From Pristiophorus japonicus (taxonomy: Eukaryota): a DNA stretch of 64,000 nucleotides. The position numbers and the translations under genes are program-made. Below, one piece after another: positions 45,212 through 63,864 of this stretch (its first letter is position 1; every line of letters starts with the position of its first letter). The notes beneath the pieces were generated by a model that saw only the letters and a program-made list of their open reading frames with translations, was not told the DNA's origin and did no database searches. The stretch lies in the NCBI RefSeq assembly GCF_044704955.1, contig NC_091987.1, positions 30,442,001 through 30,506,000 of the forward strand. The letters run 5' to 3'.

Positions 45212-46859
45212 TTACGCCCCTAGTAATGGAGCCAAGTCGTCTTGCAGTAGAGCACCTCTAGGGCTGCTGCTGTGGGTGGGAGGACATTGGCAGATGGACT
45301 TCAGGAGGCCGAGGAGAAGATGTTTCCAAAGAAACTTCTTCCGAGTCAAAAGGAACTGGTTCCTCCTTGACTTGCATCTGTCGAAGCTGATGGTAGTACG
45401 GTACCTTGGGCTGCAGTGCCTTATCCCAAAACTATCACCTGCCGCATGGCACTGACAGAGTCGGCCGTTCGCCGCAACCATCTGCCCCATGTTCTCCAAC
45501 ATTCGAGCAGATAGTATTGCACTGTTGCCAGTCAACCCACCAATTGCTTGGAGGAACTCTCGACCTATGTCGACGCTCGCCCTCGATAGTGACACCATGT
45601 CCTCGTTCACATCTGCCTCTCTCAGCGCGTGCCTAACTCGCCGATCCAACCTCCGCGGGGTCAGCCTGGGCACTGGACGACTGAGCGCCCTGCTGCAATC
45701 CGCTTGGCCCCCTACTTCAGGTACTTCCTCAACCGGTGCATCATCCTCCTCAGTAGTATCATCTTCACCCATGGTGAGCACAACTTGCAGCAATGGAGGT
45801 GATGCTCCAGTGGCCTCCTGTTGCGCCTGGGGAGCTGGAGAACATAACTGAGGTTAGTAGAAGACAAGGGGAGGCATGAGAATGCTTGCGCTGCGCAGGC
45901 ATATGTACGAGGAGCAACAGTACTGCAATAAATGTGAACGAGAGACGCTACATATAATCAACATGAGAGTACAGAAGCTGCATCCATAACATTACATCAT
46001 TCATATATTATCATCAAATGGCATTAAATTACTTTAAATTACCAATGGTTTACACATTACTCACATGGCGCAAGAATGGGATCTGCACTACCACGGGTGG
46101 CAGAACTATGCATGCCAACTAGGGCAGAGGCACGCTTCTCCAGATCAGCCTAGGTACTATTACGGAAACACATATTGTAATCCACATGCTATTCATCATC
46201 CACCAACCTAACCAAAAAGGAGCTGGTGCCCAAGTTAAAGAGTTGCTCACAGCACACAGGCAGCGATATAATTGAATAATTCTCCTTCAAAAGTGGTAGA
46301 AATGCAGAGTGTTTGTAGTCTGTGTGTTTCCAGTCATTCTTTTGGCCCCAATTTTCGTTCAAAGCGTTTAAATAATAATTAATACTGTCGATTAAGATGT
46401 ATCTCAACAAGATTAGTTAAAGGGTGCAGGTTCCGACCCCAGTCCAAATCTTAACAGGGAAGCTACCCAAGATTACCCAGCTTAATTACAATCCGGCAGG
46501 TTTACATTCTAATTAATGAGTTAGCGCACCGTTACAATTATAAAGTTAATATTTTAATACTTACTCTTACAGATGCAACAAGACTGTTCCATCGCTTGCG
46601 GCACTGATCTGCCTCTCTTATATCATGGGCCACCGATGAGACTACCTCGGTAATATCAGTCCATATTGTCCTGTATGATCTTGCCGGGGGGGGGGGGGGG
46701 TTTCCCATACCCACCCCAGATTAATTGGACCCACTGAGTCTCCACCATGTGGACCAAGGCCTCGTTCGCCTCTTTGGAGAACAGTCTCTCCCTCCTTCTC
46801 CCTCCAACCTCCCCAACACTCTCTCCTGACTCTTTGTGCTCCATCTCCATGTTACCCAA
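45212..46859 (-). pseudogene. Harbinger Myb/SANT-like DNA-binding gene remnant (spliced)
   Basis: RRRERLFSKEANEALVHMVE...WTDITEVVSS...QCRKRWNSL, then a GTAAGT donor after 46565. Acceptor CTAACCTCAG before 45847 leads into an acidic/low-complexity exon. Frameshift at the G/C run near 46690. Confidence 0.75.
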
Positions 46860-47707
46860 AGCTCCACAATAAACACCCTTCCCTCAGAAATCCTCTCTCC
46901 CTTTGCGTTGGGCATGCGCAGATGACACCGGACCTCCCAAATCGCGGGAAAAGTTCTTTGCCTAAAACAAAAACGCGCATGCGCAGAACGGCCTTTGCTA
47001 TGGACGCCAACCTTGCATGACTGGATACTTCGCTATCGCCCATTTCACATCGCTAAAGCTATCGCCCAAATTAAAAGAGCAAAACTAGCGCTTTTTAAAA
47101 TGGGCGATATTCCGGTGATCCTGAAAACTAAAAATACCACTAAGGCCGGAAATATCGGCCAAAGTCTAGCCCCAAAGGTTGAAAGGGAGGGGTCGCCAGA
47201 TCGCGGGGCAGGAAGCTTGGGATCACGTGTTTGGGGCGGGTGGCAGGAAGGTTTGCTTGAGAGACCGGGGAGACACTCCTGCTCCGCCTGGCTCACAAGC
47301 AGTGCTCTAAAAACCACTTACCTTCTTGCAGCTGTCTGCTCTCATCTCCATTTAACAGCTGGGTTTTCTGAGCCCGGGGAAACCCAACCAGCAACCATTA
47401 CATTTTAATCAATCTCCCAATTGCACTTTGGGAGCAACCCACCACTGTAAAAATGGTTGGTGTCGTGTTTTGCGAGCTTTATTTTTTAAGCCCCTCTCCC
47501 GCCTATCGGGGGGGGGGGGGGGGGGGGGGAGGGGGCTTTGCAGGTGTTAATATAAACCCCATAAAGTCCACACAGTAGCTTCTCCAACACCGCCCCCCCC
47601 CAATCACCCCCATGTACTCAGTCCACTGCACAATAATTTCCAGAAGAAACAAAGTTTACCAAAAGTCGCTTATTGAGAATATTACTAAAAGCAAATTCAG
47701 CTTCAGT

Positions 47708-47713
47708 TTTATT
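47708..47713 (-). terminator. Candidate RWDD2B polyadenylation signal
   Basis: AATAAA on the minus strand ~700 nt after the stop, at the end of an AT-rich, repeat-free stretch. Confidence 0.4.
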
Positions 47714-48416
47714 ACGAAGTATCTATTTATCAATCTATAAATTCTAAGTGCTTTTAAAAATTGATCCATAAATTGATTTGTTGATAAAGAATAAAAATGT
47801 AATGCTATTCTCAAAGAGAATAATTATGGCAAGTTTCTACAGGTGTGTTCTGGTCGATGAAACCAAGGGGATTTTTTTTACAATCATTACAGCTTTTCTT
47901 CTAATCATTACCATTCGTAAACGTTACTGTCCTTAATGGAAATTAATTGAAGCTAGCACTGGTAAAAGGAACTAAGAATCATCACGATTCAACTCATTAC
48001 GTTTGTTCTTCAGTGAAGGGTTTTCTTTGGCAACACTCTGGGTTTTTTTTATATATATGTGCAACTTGTTCACTAGTATTGATTCACTGACCAACATACC
48101 TATTATAACCATTACTGGATACCTGTGATGATAGGAGTCTAAAGGATTACAAGCAGAAGATTGCTAAATTGATACAAGACAAATAAAAGGAACATAAAAA
48201 CAGTCAGGAGTATTTTCAGATTCCTGGGTGAACAAATCAGATTTTTTTTTTTAAAGCTATTCATTTAACTAGAATTTAAAAAAATTCAATCAGGTTTCTA
48301 ATTTCTGTAGCTGGTTAGAATACTGGATAGTATGACATTCACAGCAGAACATGGCACGTTTAAACAAAGCTGTTTTTTTTTCCCTGTTACAGATAAACAA
48401 TGATGTGAACACTTAT

Positions 48417-54624
<6,208 letters not shown>

Positions 54625-54885
54625 TTTTCAAAGAATGTCTTTGAAAGGTGCGATAACCAAACTGCAATACCTAAAAAGACAACATACTACAAATCAAATG
54701 TTGATTGTGTAAAATTAGCACTGATAAAATAGCATTTTTTTTTACATTCCTTGGGGGAAAATTCACTAGCAACTCTGAAAGGGCATCCTCCTGTAGAATA
54801 AGCATGGGGATCCTCACTCCTACTGTGAATGCACATAAGTAAATGGTGGGGGAAATTACAGAAAATAAAGCACTATAATTACAAC

Positions 54886-55460
54886 CCTTGATTAAATCAC
54901 CTCTGAACCTTCTAAATGCAGTGGAATACAAGTCAAGATTATGCAACTTGTCCTAATAATTTAACCCTTTAAGCACTGGTATAATTCTAGTGAATCTGCA
55001 CTGTTCCGTCTCCAAGACCTGAGGTATTTGTATAGCCTGTTATTGCACTCCTTTTATTTGGAGCATGTCGAGCCCATCACCCATGTTGAACTGGCAATTT
55101 AACAAAACTCAGAGGCTCCCAAGCTTCATTCATTAAAATGACCAGTGCTTAGATCAGGTTCAAATAAAATGAAATTACTGATCTCATTTCTAGCTAATGT
55201 TTCTCCAGCTAAGTTCCTGTTTCTTTGGCTCTCGACCCATAGACATCCATTATTTCAAAGCCCAAGAGATTTAGGTGTCCATATTCATAAATCATCAAAA
55301 TCTAGTGCACAGATACAAATACCTCAGGCCTTGGAGATGGAACAGTGCAGATTCACTAGAATTATACCAGTGCTTAAAGGGTTAAATTATTAGGGCAAGT
55401 TGCATAATCTTGACTTGTATTCCATTGCATTTTGAAGGTTGAGGGGTGATTTAATCAAGG
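54886..55460. repeat. 148-bp inverted repeat of a CR1 fragment in RWDD2B intron 1
   Basis: 54886-55033 is the near-identical reverse complement of 55313-55460. Confidence 0.88.
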
Positions 55461-56294
55461 TATTTAATATGATGAAGGGATTCAGTAGGGTAGATGCAGA
55501 GAAATCATTTCCCCTGGAAGACCCAGCAGTTGTTCTATTGTTCCAGCTCAAACTTTACAGTTATCTGTCAAAAAGGTAAAACAAAAACCCCCAAGCTCCA
55601 TTGTTACAAATTTGGCTCTGCCATAGATACCTTATTGGGTTCAGTAACATAACTGGTCTGAGCATCTTACAATTACTGGGATTAGACCATAATAATATCA
55701 GAATAGCTTTGCTGAATGTATTTCATGTAGGTTGCTAATAAAAACAGAAGGGTTACTCAGAGGTTCTGCTGCTGAACTATTTGTTGTGGACAAAGGGAGA
55801 CACTTTTGGCAAAGTCACCAACAACCCTAAAATAATTTCTCACAAATTGACCTGTTCCAGCATGGAGCATTATGCCTGAAAAGCTACTGATTTTGTATCA
55901 AACTTTTGTTCGACACTTAAGAAGGTAGATAATTAAAGGTAAGCCATAGCGGTGCTATTTTAAAAGGTATTCCAGAAATGTTTCCTTTCATAGTTTCAGC
56001 CATTCCACTTTTCAAAAGCTCACCTTAGGTTATCGCAGAAAAACATACAATAACGATCAAAAGACCGAGAAAGCTTGAAGTTATTTAAATAGACGAAAGT
56101 TGTGTTCATTTTTCAGCACAAGTCAAAATGGCTTTAAATGCACGTCTTTTTAAATCGGTTAGAGGAGTTGAAAATATTAAATAACGGTAATGTTACTGCT
56201 TGAACTGTGGCCTTGCAGGTCGGTTAATAGAGACGTCAATGGGACAAATATTGCACAGCACTACACCGAGAACACAAAGCACAGCGCACCGTAC

Positions 56295-56700
56295 CTGCAC
56301 ACTGCCACTTCCACCATCCAAACAGCAACTTGTCCTCCACTTCCGGCGCCGCCAAATCCAGCTCCACACCTGATTTTGTGTTTTGCTTTCTTTCGGCCAC
56401 CGTCACCTCGGCCTGGCCGCGCATGCGTAGTGGTAAACGCAACAGCAGCAGCGCGGCTGATGGTTGTCCGCTCTCGCGGCCTGTACCCACCGTGCGGCAG
56501 CATGTGAGCGGCGCGGCGCCCAAGCCCGCACAGCAGCAGCAGCAAGCAGCAGCAGCAGGTGAGACCCGGGGCGGGCTTCGCTCGGCGGCGGGCGGGGGGG
56601 GGGGGAGGCTTTGACCCGCAGGTGGTTGGGCCGCGCTGGCGGCAGGTTTATCGTCAAGGCGTGAGGCGGATTGCCGCCCTTCTCCACACATGTTTAACCG
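56295..56700. promoter_or_regulatory. CpG-island bidirectional promoter with divergent first exons
   Basis: High CpG density. ETS/GABPA motif ACTTCCGG at 56339-56346 and NRF1-type GCGCATGCG near 56419-56427. Minus-strand donor CAG|GTAC after 56295 (RWDD2B exon 1) and plus-strand donor CAG|GTGAGA after 56558. Confidence 0.75.
56430..56558 (+). other. Putative non-coding first exon of the divergent gene (USP16 expected from synteny), with an interrupted CAG repeat
   Basis: Strong donor at 56559 after (CAG)4CAAG(CAG)4. Identity is inferred only from human gene order; no USP16 coding exon was seen in the window. Start coordinate is approximate. Confidence 0.5.
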
Positions 56701-56783
56701 GCAGTGGCATCCACGGGTTCGTCACCTGCTGAAACCACCAGGAGTGACTCACTCCGAATGCACGAGGTTCACAGGACTGGCTG

Positions 56784-57300
56784 CTTCTTTCGTACGGTTG
56801 TAGCAAAGCAAATCAAACGTCAATATTCCAGGCCCAAGCTTCCGGTGTAGCAGCGCGGATATCGTGTAGGCTGCCTGCAAATTTCCTCTGAGGGCAGTGC
56901 TCAATGATGTGCTCCAGGGTCTGATGAGGAGCTCCACAGTCGCATGATGGGGATGCTTTAATCTTTCACCTACGGAGAAGCTGGCGGCATCGACCATGAC
57001 CGGTTCTGAGGCGGTTGATGGTTGTCCACTGCTTGCGAGGAAGGTTGGATCCGACAGGTTGTACTGTGGGGTCCTCTATAAGGAATCCATTCCGTACGTC
57101 GCAGTTGTTCCAAACATTTTGACATCGGTCACCAAGGCTGAGGGGAGATCGCTGAAGGGCTTCTGCGATGGCCCAAAATGACCACCTAGATTTGAGACGG
57201 GTTGGTGGTAGGTTGTTCAAGTCGGCCTGGATCGGCATGTCTTTGCTGGTGTAGCGGTTGTATTCTCTGGAGACTGCATACAGGACTGGCTGAAGTGCTC
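56784..57300 (-). mobile_element. Vingi/Ingi-like non-LTR retrotransposon 3' fragment
   Basis: DPTVQPVGSNLPRKQWTTINRLRTGHGRC C-terminal motif; 3' end CCGTACGAAAGAAG. Confidence 0.65.
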
Positions 57301-57524
57301 TTGCGGAGAGCCGGCACAGGCTCGACCGGCTGAATGGTTACAGCACAGAAGGAAGCTATTCTATCACTCTTTGTTTCATCATCTTCTAACTTTATCTCCC
57401 TCCACAATGTAGATGTTGCGTTTTTTTAAATTTACATCTATAGAGGTCCCATGTATAACCTTTCTTGGAGAGGGGAATATTGTGCTTTTTAAGATGTCAT
57501 ACACAAGCAAGTATCTACAACCAA

Positions 57525-57700
57525 GTAAAATACTGCGGATGCTGGAAATGTGAAATTAAAAACAAAATGTTGGAAAACACTCAACAGGTGGAGAGAGAAA
57601 CTGAGCATTTCAGGTCGATGACCAGTTCAGATGAAAGGTCATCGACCTGAAACGTTAACTCTGTTTCTCTCTCCACAGATGTTGCCTGACCTGCTGAGTG
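57525..57700. mobile_element. Foldback (palindromic) Penelope pLTR-derived element
   Basis: 57589-57623 is the inverse of 57637-57675; contains CAGATGA-A-AGGTC-ATC-GACCT-GAAACGTT. Confidence 0.6.
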
Positions 57701-58179
57701 GGGGTGGGTGGCATTTAGTTATTTCTCCATCTGCATCATATCCCATATTAACTCTCGCTGACCTGCCACCCCAGTCTTTGCTGACCTCCACTGGTTCCCC
57801 ATCCATAGATTTAAAAATACTTGCCCTCATCTATAATTCCTTCTGTGGCCTTGCTCCGAAGTACCTCTGCAGTTTTCTCCGACCCCAGCTTGCACTCCCC
57901 ACTCTTGTGTCTGGACAACTGTGTCCCTTGGCCCATTCACTCCATTGTTGTTGCATAGCCTTCAACCATCACAGATCTGCACTCCTTAAACCATTTACTT
58001 TGCTTCACCTCTCCCCAACTTCAAAAATCTTACTGAAAACCTACCTCTTTTGAAGTGCAGTCACAGTTGTTTGTATATTTGCTGTTCAATCATAATTCAT
58101 TGGATATGAAGTGCTTTGAGATATCCCAAGGACGTGCTGAACTGCAATAACATGTATGTTCATTCTTTACTACAACATT

Positions 58180-61100
58180 CTTCACTCCATTCCCTAGCCA
58201 CGGACGCCATCTCTCTCCCCAACTTCTGTCTGAGGCTGAACCAGACTGTTCGCAATCTTGATGTCATATTTGACCCTGATATGAGCTTTCGATCACACAT
58301 CCTAAACTGGATGATGTGTAATGAGAAAGGACTAATTAGCAATCTTGTTGTGCGAGGCCCCTTGGGGAAGAGTGACCATAACATGGTAGAATTCTTTATT
58401 ATGATGGAGAGTGACACAGTTAATTCAGAGACTAGGGCCCTGAACTTAAGGAAAGGTAACTTCAATGGTTTGAGGTGTGAATTGGCTAGAGTAGACTGGC
58501 AAATGATACTTAAAGGGTTGACGGTGGATAGGCAATGACAAACATTTAAAGATCACATGGATGAACTTCAGCAATTGTACATCCCTGTTTGGAGTAAAAA
58601 TAAAACGGGGAAGGTGGCTCAACCGTGGCTAACAAGGGAAATTAAGGATAGTGTTAAATCCAAGGAAGAGGCATATAAATTGACCAGAAAAAGCAGCAAA
58701 CCTGAGGACTGGGAGAAATTTAGAATTCAGCAGAGGAGGACAAAGGTTTAATTAAGAGGGGGAAAATAGAGTATGAGAAGAAACTTGCCGGGAACATAAA
58801 AACTGACTGCAAAAGCTTCTATAGATATGTGAGGAGAAAAAGATTAGTGAAGACAAATGTAGGTCCCTTGCAGTCAGATTCAGGTGAATTTATAATGGGG
58901 AACAAAGAAATGGCAGACCAATTGAACAAATACTTTGGTTTTGTCTTCATGAAGGAAGACACAAATAACCTTCTGAAAGTACTAGGGGACTGAGGGTCTA
59001 GTGAGAAGGAGGAACTGAAGGATATCCTTATTAGGCGGGAAATTGTGTTAGGGAAATTGATGGGATTGAAGGCCGAGAAATCCCCGGGGCCTGATAGTCT
59101 GCATCCCAGAGTACTTAAGAAAGTGGCCCTAGAAATAGTGGATGCATTGGTGATCACTTTCCAACAGTCTATCGACTCAGGATCAGTTCCTATGGACTGG
59201 AGGGTAGCTAATGTAACACCACTTTTTAAAAAGGGAGGGAGAGAGAAAGCGGGTAATTATAAACCGGTTAACCTGACATCAGTAGTGGGGAAAATGTTGG
59301 AATCAATTATTAAGGATGAATAGCAGCGCATTTGGAAAGCAGTGACAGGATCGGTCCAAGTCAGCATGGATTTATGAAGGGGAAATCAAGCTTGACAAAT
59401 CTTCTGGAATTTTTTGAGAATGTAACTAGTAGAGTGGACAAGGGAAAACCAGTGGATGTGTATTTGGACTTTCAAAAGGCTTTTGACATGGTCCCACACA
59501 AGAGATTGGTGTGCAAAATTAAAGCACATGGTATTGGGGGTATTTTACTGACGTGGATAGAGAACTGGTTGGCAGACAGGAAGCAGAGAGTCGGGATAAA
59601 CGGGTCCTTTTCAGAATGGCAGGCAGTGACTAGTGGAGTGCCGCAGGGCTCAGTGCTGGGACCCCAGCTCTTTACAATATACATCAATGATTTGGATGAA
59701 GGAATTGAGTGTAATATCACCAAGTTTACTGATGACACTAAACTGGATGGCGGTGTGAGCTGTGAGGGAGACGCTAAGAGGCTGAAGGGTGACTTAGACA
59801 GGTTAGATGAGTGGGCAAATGCATGGCAGATGCAGTATAATGTGGATAAATGTGAGGTTATCCACTTTGGGGGCAAAAACGCGAAGACAGAATATTATCT
59901 GAATGGTGGCAGATTAGAAAAAGGGGAGGTGCAACATGACCTGGGTGTCATGGTTCATCAGTCATTGAAAGTTGGCATACAGGTGCAGAAGGCAAATGGT
60001 ATGTTGGCCTTCATAGCAAGGGGATTTGAGTACAGGAGCAGGGAGGTCTTACTGCAGTTGTACAGGGCCTTGGTGAGGCCTCACCTGGAATATTGTGTTC
60101 AATTTTGGCCTCCTAATCTGAGGAAGGATGTTCTTGCTATTGAGGGAGTGCAGCGAAGGTTCACCAGACTGATTCCAGGGATGGCTGGACTGACATATGA
60201 GGAGAGACTGGATCAACTGGGCCTTTATACACTGGAGTTTAGAAGGATGAGAGGGGATCTCATAGAAACATATAAGATTCTGACAGGACGGGACAGGTTA
60301 GATGCGGGTAGATTGTTTCCAAGGTTGGGGAAGTCCAGAACCAGGGGACACAGTCTTAGGATAAAGGGTAGGCCATTTAGGACTGAGATGAGGAGAAACT
60401 TCTTCACTCAGAGAGTTGTTAACCTGTGGAATTCCCTGCCGCAAAGAGTTGTTGATGCCAGTTCATTGGATATATTCAAGAGGGAGTTAGATATGGCCCT
60501 TACGACTAAAGGGATCAAGGGGTATGGAGAGAAAACAGGAAAGGGGTACTGAGGGAATGATCAGCCATGATATTGAATGGTGGTGCAGGCTCGAAGGGCC
60601 GAATGGCCTAGTCCTGCACCTATTTTCTATGTTTCTATCCGCATCATAACTAAAACTCCCGTAAGATCACCAGTCTCCGCCCTTGCCTCAGCTCATCCGT
60701 TGCTGAAGCCCTCATTCATGCCTTTATTACCTCTAGACTTGACTTCCAACGCACTCCTTGCTGGCCTCCCACATTCTACCCTTCATAAACTAGAGGTGAT
60801 CCAAAACTCGTCTGCCCGTGTCGTAACTCGCATCAAATCCCGTTCACCCATCACCCCTATGCTCGCTAACCTACATTGGCTTCCAGTTAAGCAACGCCTC
60901 AGTTTCAAAATTCTCATCCTTGTTTTCAAATCCCTCCACGGCCTCGCCTCTCCCTATCTCTGTAATCTCCTCCAGCCCCACAATCCCCCAAGATGTCTGT
61001 GCTCCGCTAATTCTGCCCTCTTGAGCATCCCTGATTATAATCGCTCAATCATTGGTGGCAGTGCCTTCTGTTGCCTCGGCCCCAAGCTCTGGAACTCCCT

Positions 61101-61310
61101 GCCTATACCTCTCCGCCTCTCTACCTCTCTTTCCTCCTTCAAGATGATCCTTAAAAAATACCTCATTGACCAAGATCACCTTATTTCTACTGTAAGTAAT
61201 TTCTACTTGCACGGTTCAGTGTCAAATTTTTAATCTCATAATACTCATGTGAAACACCTTGGGACGTTTCACTATGTTAAAGGTGCTGTATAAATACAAG
61301 TTGTTGTTTA
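58180..61310 (+). mobile_element. L2 LINE 3' portion split by the CR1 (58180-58297 plus 60639-61310)
   Basis: LATDAISLPN...NLDVIFDP continues after the CR1 as IQNSSARV, LHWLPVKQR, KLWNSLP and a tail. Confidence 0.85.
58298..60638 (+). mobile_element. CR1 LINE (~2.3 kb) inserted in an L2
   Basis: ORFs 58116-60552 including a 406-aa RT segment; TTTCTATG tail; ATCC at both junctions. Confidence 0.93.
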
Positions 61311-62059
61311 ACTTTTTCCTACCTGTAGTCACTTCCCAAACTCTTCTTCCAATTTCTGCTTATATCTGTTTTTATCTCCTTTTGTGGAGTGCTATTGGGT
61401 GTTTTTTATGCATTGATGCCGTTATTTAAGTGTAAATTGATATGAACAACAAAATTGAAAAAAACATAAACACTTATGATTTCTTTTGAGTTACATTTGT
61501 CCAAAGTGGTAGGGCAGGATATACATTTCTGTTCATTTAGAATGGAGTGTTAATTACAGTGACACTTCTCCAGATTACTTCAGCTTTTTGTTTTTGTCAA
61601 TAAGCTGTGAGTCTTTCTCCTGTTTTCTAATGATGGGATTGTTTTTTGTGTTTTGCGCTAGCATGTTGATAATTGACACACTGTGGATGTGAATTGCTAG
61701 AGCTTTTTGTGGTTTTACAACAGAGGTGAAAGAAGATTGTTCATTAAAAATGAATGGCTGAGCGAAAGTTATTGAATGAATAGTCCAATAGATGTTAACT
61801 TAATAAATTGTAAGTGTGCTTAATTTTCAGCTAAAAGATCTTTCTCATAGATTTCCTTTGTTTAAGATGACTATACTTAAAATATTTTTGATGCATGAGA
61901 ACATTTGACCTGCTACATAGTAGGGCCAGTAGTTGAGAAATGTAAAGATCCATATGTTGAAACTATGATGCAGTTTGACATACTAATAATCTCGACATGA
62001 TATGGCAAATTTTAACATTCTTAGGGGCTGCACATGAGTAAAAGATTAGTTCATCTGCT

Positions 62060-62630
62060 TCTGAACCTTCATCTATGCTCTTGTTACCTCCAGGCTTGAC
62101 TATTCCAATATTCTCCTGGCTGACCTCTCATCTTCCACCCTCCATAAACTTGAACTCAGCCAAAACTCTGCTGCCCGTATCCTAACTCGCACCGTCACGT
62201 TCACCCATCACCTCTGTGCTCGCTGACCTACATTGGCTCCTGGTTTAAAAAAAAATTCTCATCCTTGTTTTCAAATCCTCCATGGCTTCGCCCCTCCCAA
62301 TCTCTGTAACCTCATCCAGCCCAACAACCCTTCCAGAATTCTGCGTTCCTCCAACTCTGGCCTTTTGTGCATACCACACGTCTTTCAAGTCACCATTGGT
62401 GGGTGTGCCTTCAGCCGTCTAGGCCATACACTCTGGAATTCTCTCCCTAAACCTCTCCACCTTCCTCCTGTAAGATGCTTAAAACCAACCTATTTGACAA
62501 ATTGTTTCGTCATCTGTCCTAATGTCTCCTTCTTTGGCTCGATGTCAATTTTTGTCTGATTACACTCTGGTGAAGCACCTTGGGATGTTTTACTACTTTA
62601 TTAGGTGCTATATAAAAGCAGTTTGTTGTT
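62060..62630 (+). mobile_element. L2 3' fragment
   Basis: CAFSRLGHTLWNSLP; TATATAAAAGCAGTT tail. Confidence 0.8.
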
Positions 62631-63864
62631 GTGCAGTTACAGGGGGTGCTATGAAGATACCATGATACTAATTTGTGGTTGTCTTGTTGGAAGTTCAGTT
62701 TTGTTTCACAGAATTACAACCACTTCTAAAAAAAACTATTAAATGAATAATGCCTTATCACACAGTGAGTTACTTTTTGAGTGAAGAAACATGTGTAGGT
62801 AAACAGGGTGGCAATTCAGCACCAGCAAAGTTCCACAAACAGAAATGAAATGAATGACCAAGTAATTGTTTTGATAATATTGGTTCTGGAAGGAATGTTG
62901 GACAGAACACGAGAAAAATTCCCTGCTCCTCTTCAGATAGCATCCATGAGATATGAACAGGCAGATGGAACCTCAGATTATGTTCTAATCTGTAGGATGG
63001 TACCTCCAATAGTGCTGCACTCTCCCATTACTGCTCTAGATTTTCAGCATAGATTATGAGCTGTCAACCTAGTGACCCACTCTCAGTGTTGTAAACTGCA
63101 GAAGATCAACTGAAGGAGTTTGAACAGGGAGTTTAGGCAGAGATGGGTACGGAATTAGATGGGGATGGTGTTCATAGACCTAGGGGAGGAAAGAAATGTT
63201 ACAGATGGGATGGTAGATGGAGAGGCTGGGCGAGTCAAGGTGTTTTTTTGAGGAATGGGATGATGGTGGTTTGGAAGAGGTGATGGATGGTCCCTGAGAA
63301 AAGGAAGCCATTAAGAGTCAGTCAGCATGGGCCAGGTGGGATAATTGAGTGGGGAATCATGGTAGCAGGCGATGGGAAAAGGCAGTTGGGTGCGGGCGGG
63401 GTGCTGTTGGGAGAGAAAAATGTAGAATGGCAGAGGATCAAGGCAAGAATAGGTGAGAAGCTAGGAGAAGAAGCAACAGAGTCTGCTTCATGGCTGATCG
63501 CAATCATACAGATGAGGAAGACAGTGAGTTCTTGTCAGTTGGTATTTGACGTGATGCAGGAGACAATGGGGAAAAAGTGTTTGAGGAGGCCGTAGTCCAT
63601 GGAGAAAAGGAGTCTTGGGTTATCCTTGTCCTCCAGGATGATCCTGGAGTAGTGGCTATGTAGATTGAAGCATGGTACTGGTTAAATCAAATCTGGTTGA
63701 GGTTGCAGTCCTGACTTCAGGGAGCAAAGATGGGGTCTTTACTATGGGAATGGCAAAAGTGTGAGGAGGTGAGTGATTTGGTCAGAATGAACATCAATGG
63801 CAGAGAGAAGGAAGCCATTTTTCAGGCCAATAGCAGCAGAGATGGTGGAGGGCCAGAGAAAGAA

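Larger units (their letters stand above)
41378..47173. mobile_element. Decayed autonomous PIF/Harbinger DNA transposon (two convergent genes), interrupted by a CR1
   Basis: TIRs GGGGCTAGGCTTT (41378) and AAAGTCTAGCCCC (ends 47173). Contains transposase and Myb/SANT remnants. TSD is not cleanly preserved. Confidence 0.85.
41072..47560. mobile_element. Harbinger-type MITE split by the autonomous element (41072-41377 plus 47174-47560)
   Basis: GC-rich halves resembling the MITEs at 9588 and 25037; degenerate GG..ATATT termini. Confidence 0.5.

Noticed and set aside
56190-56691. Several overlapping 94-151 aa ORFs
   Set aside because: Expected in GC-rich CpG-island sequence; low-complexity translations.
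59332-60552. 406-aa reverse transcriptase as a novel gene
   Set aside because: Ordinary 5'-truncated CR1 ORF2 with upstream stops.
63287-63595. Possible USP16 coding start
   Set aside because: Purine-rich antisense L2 remnant; no USP16-like peptide or splice context recognised.
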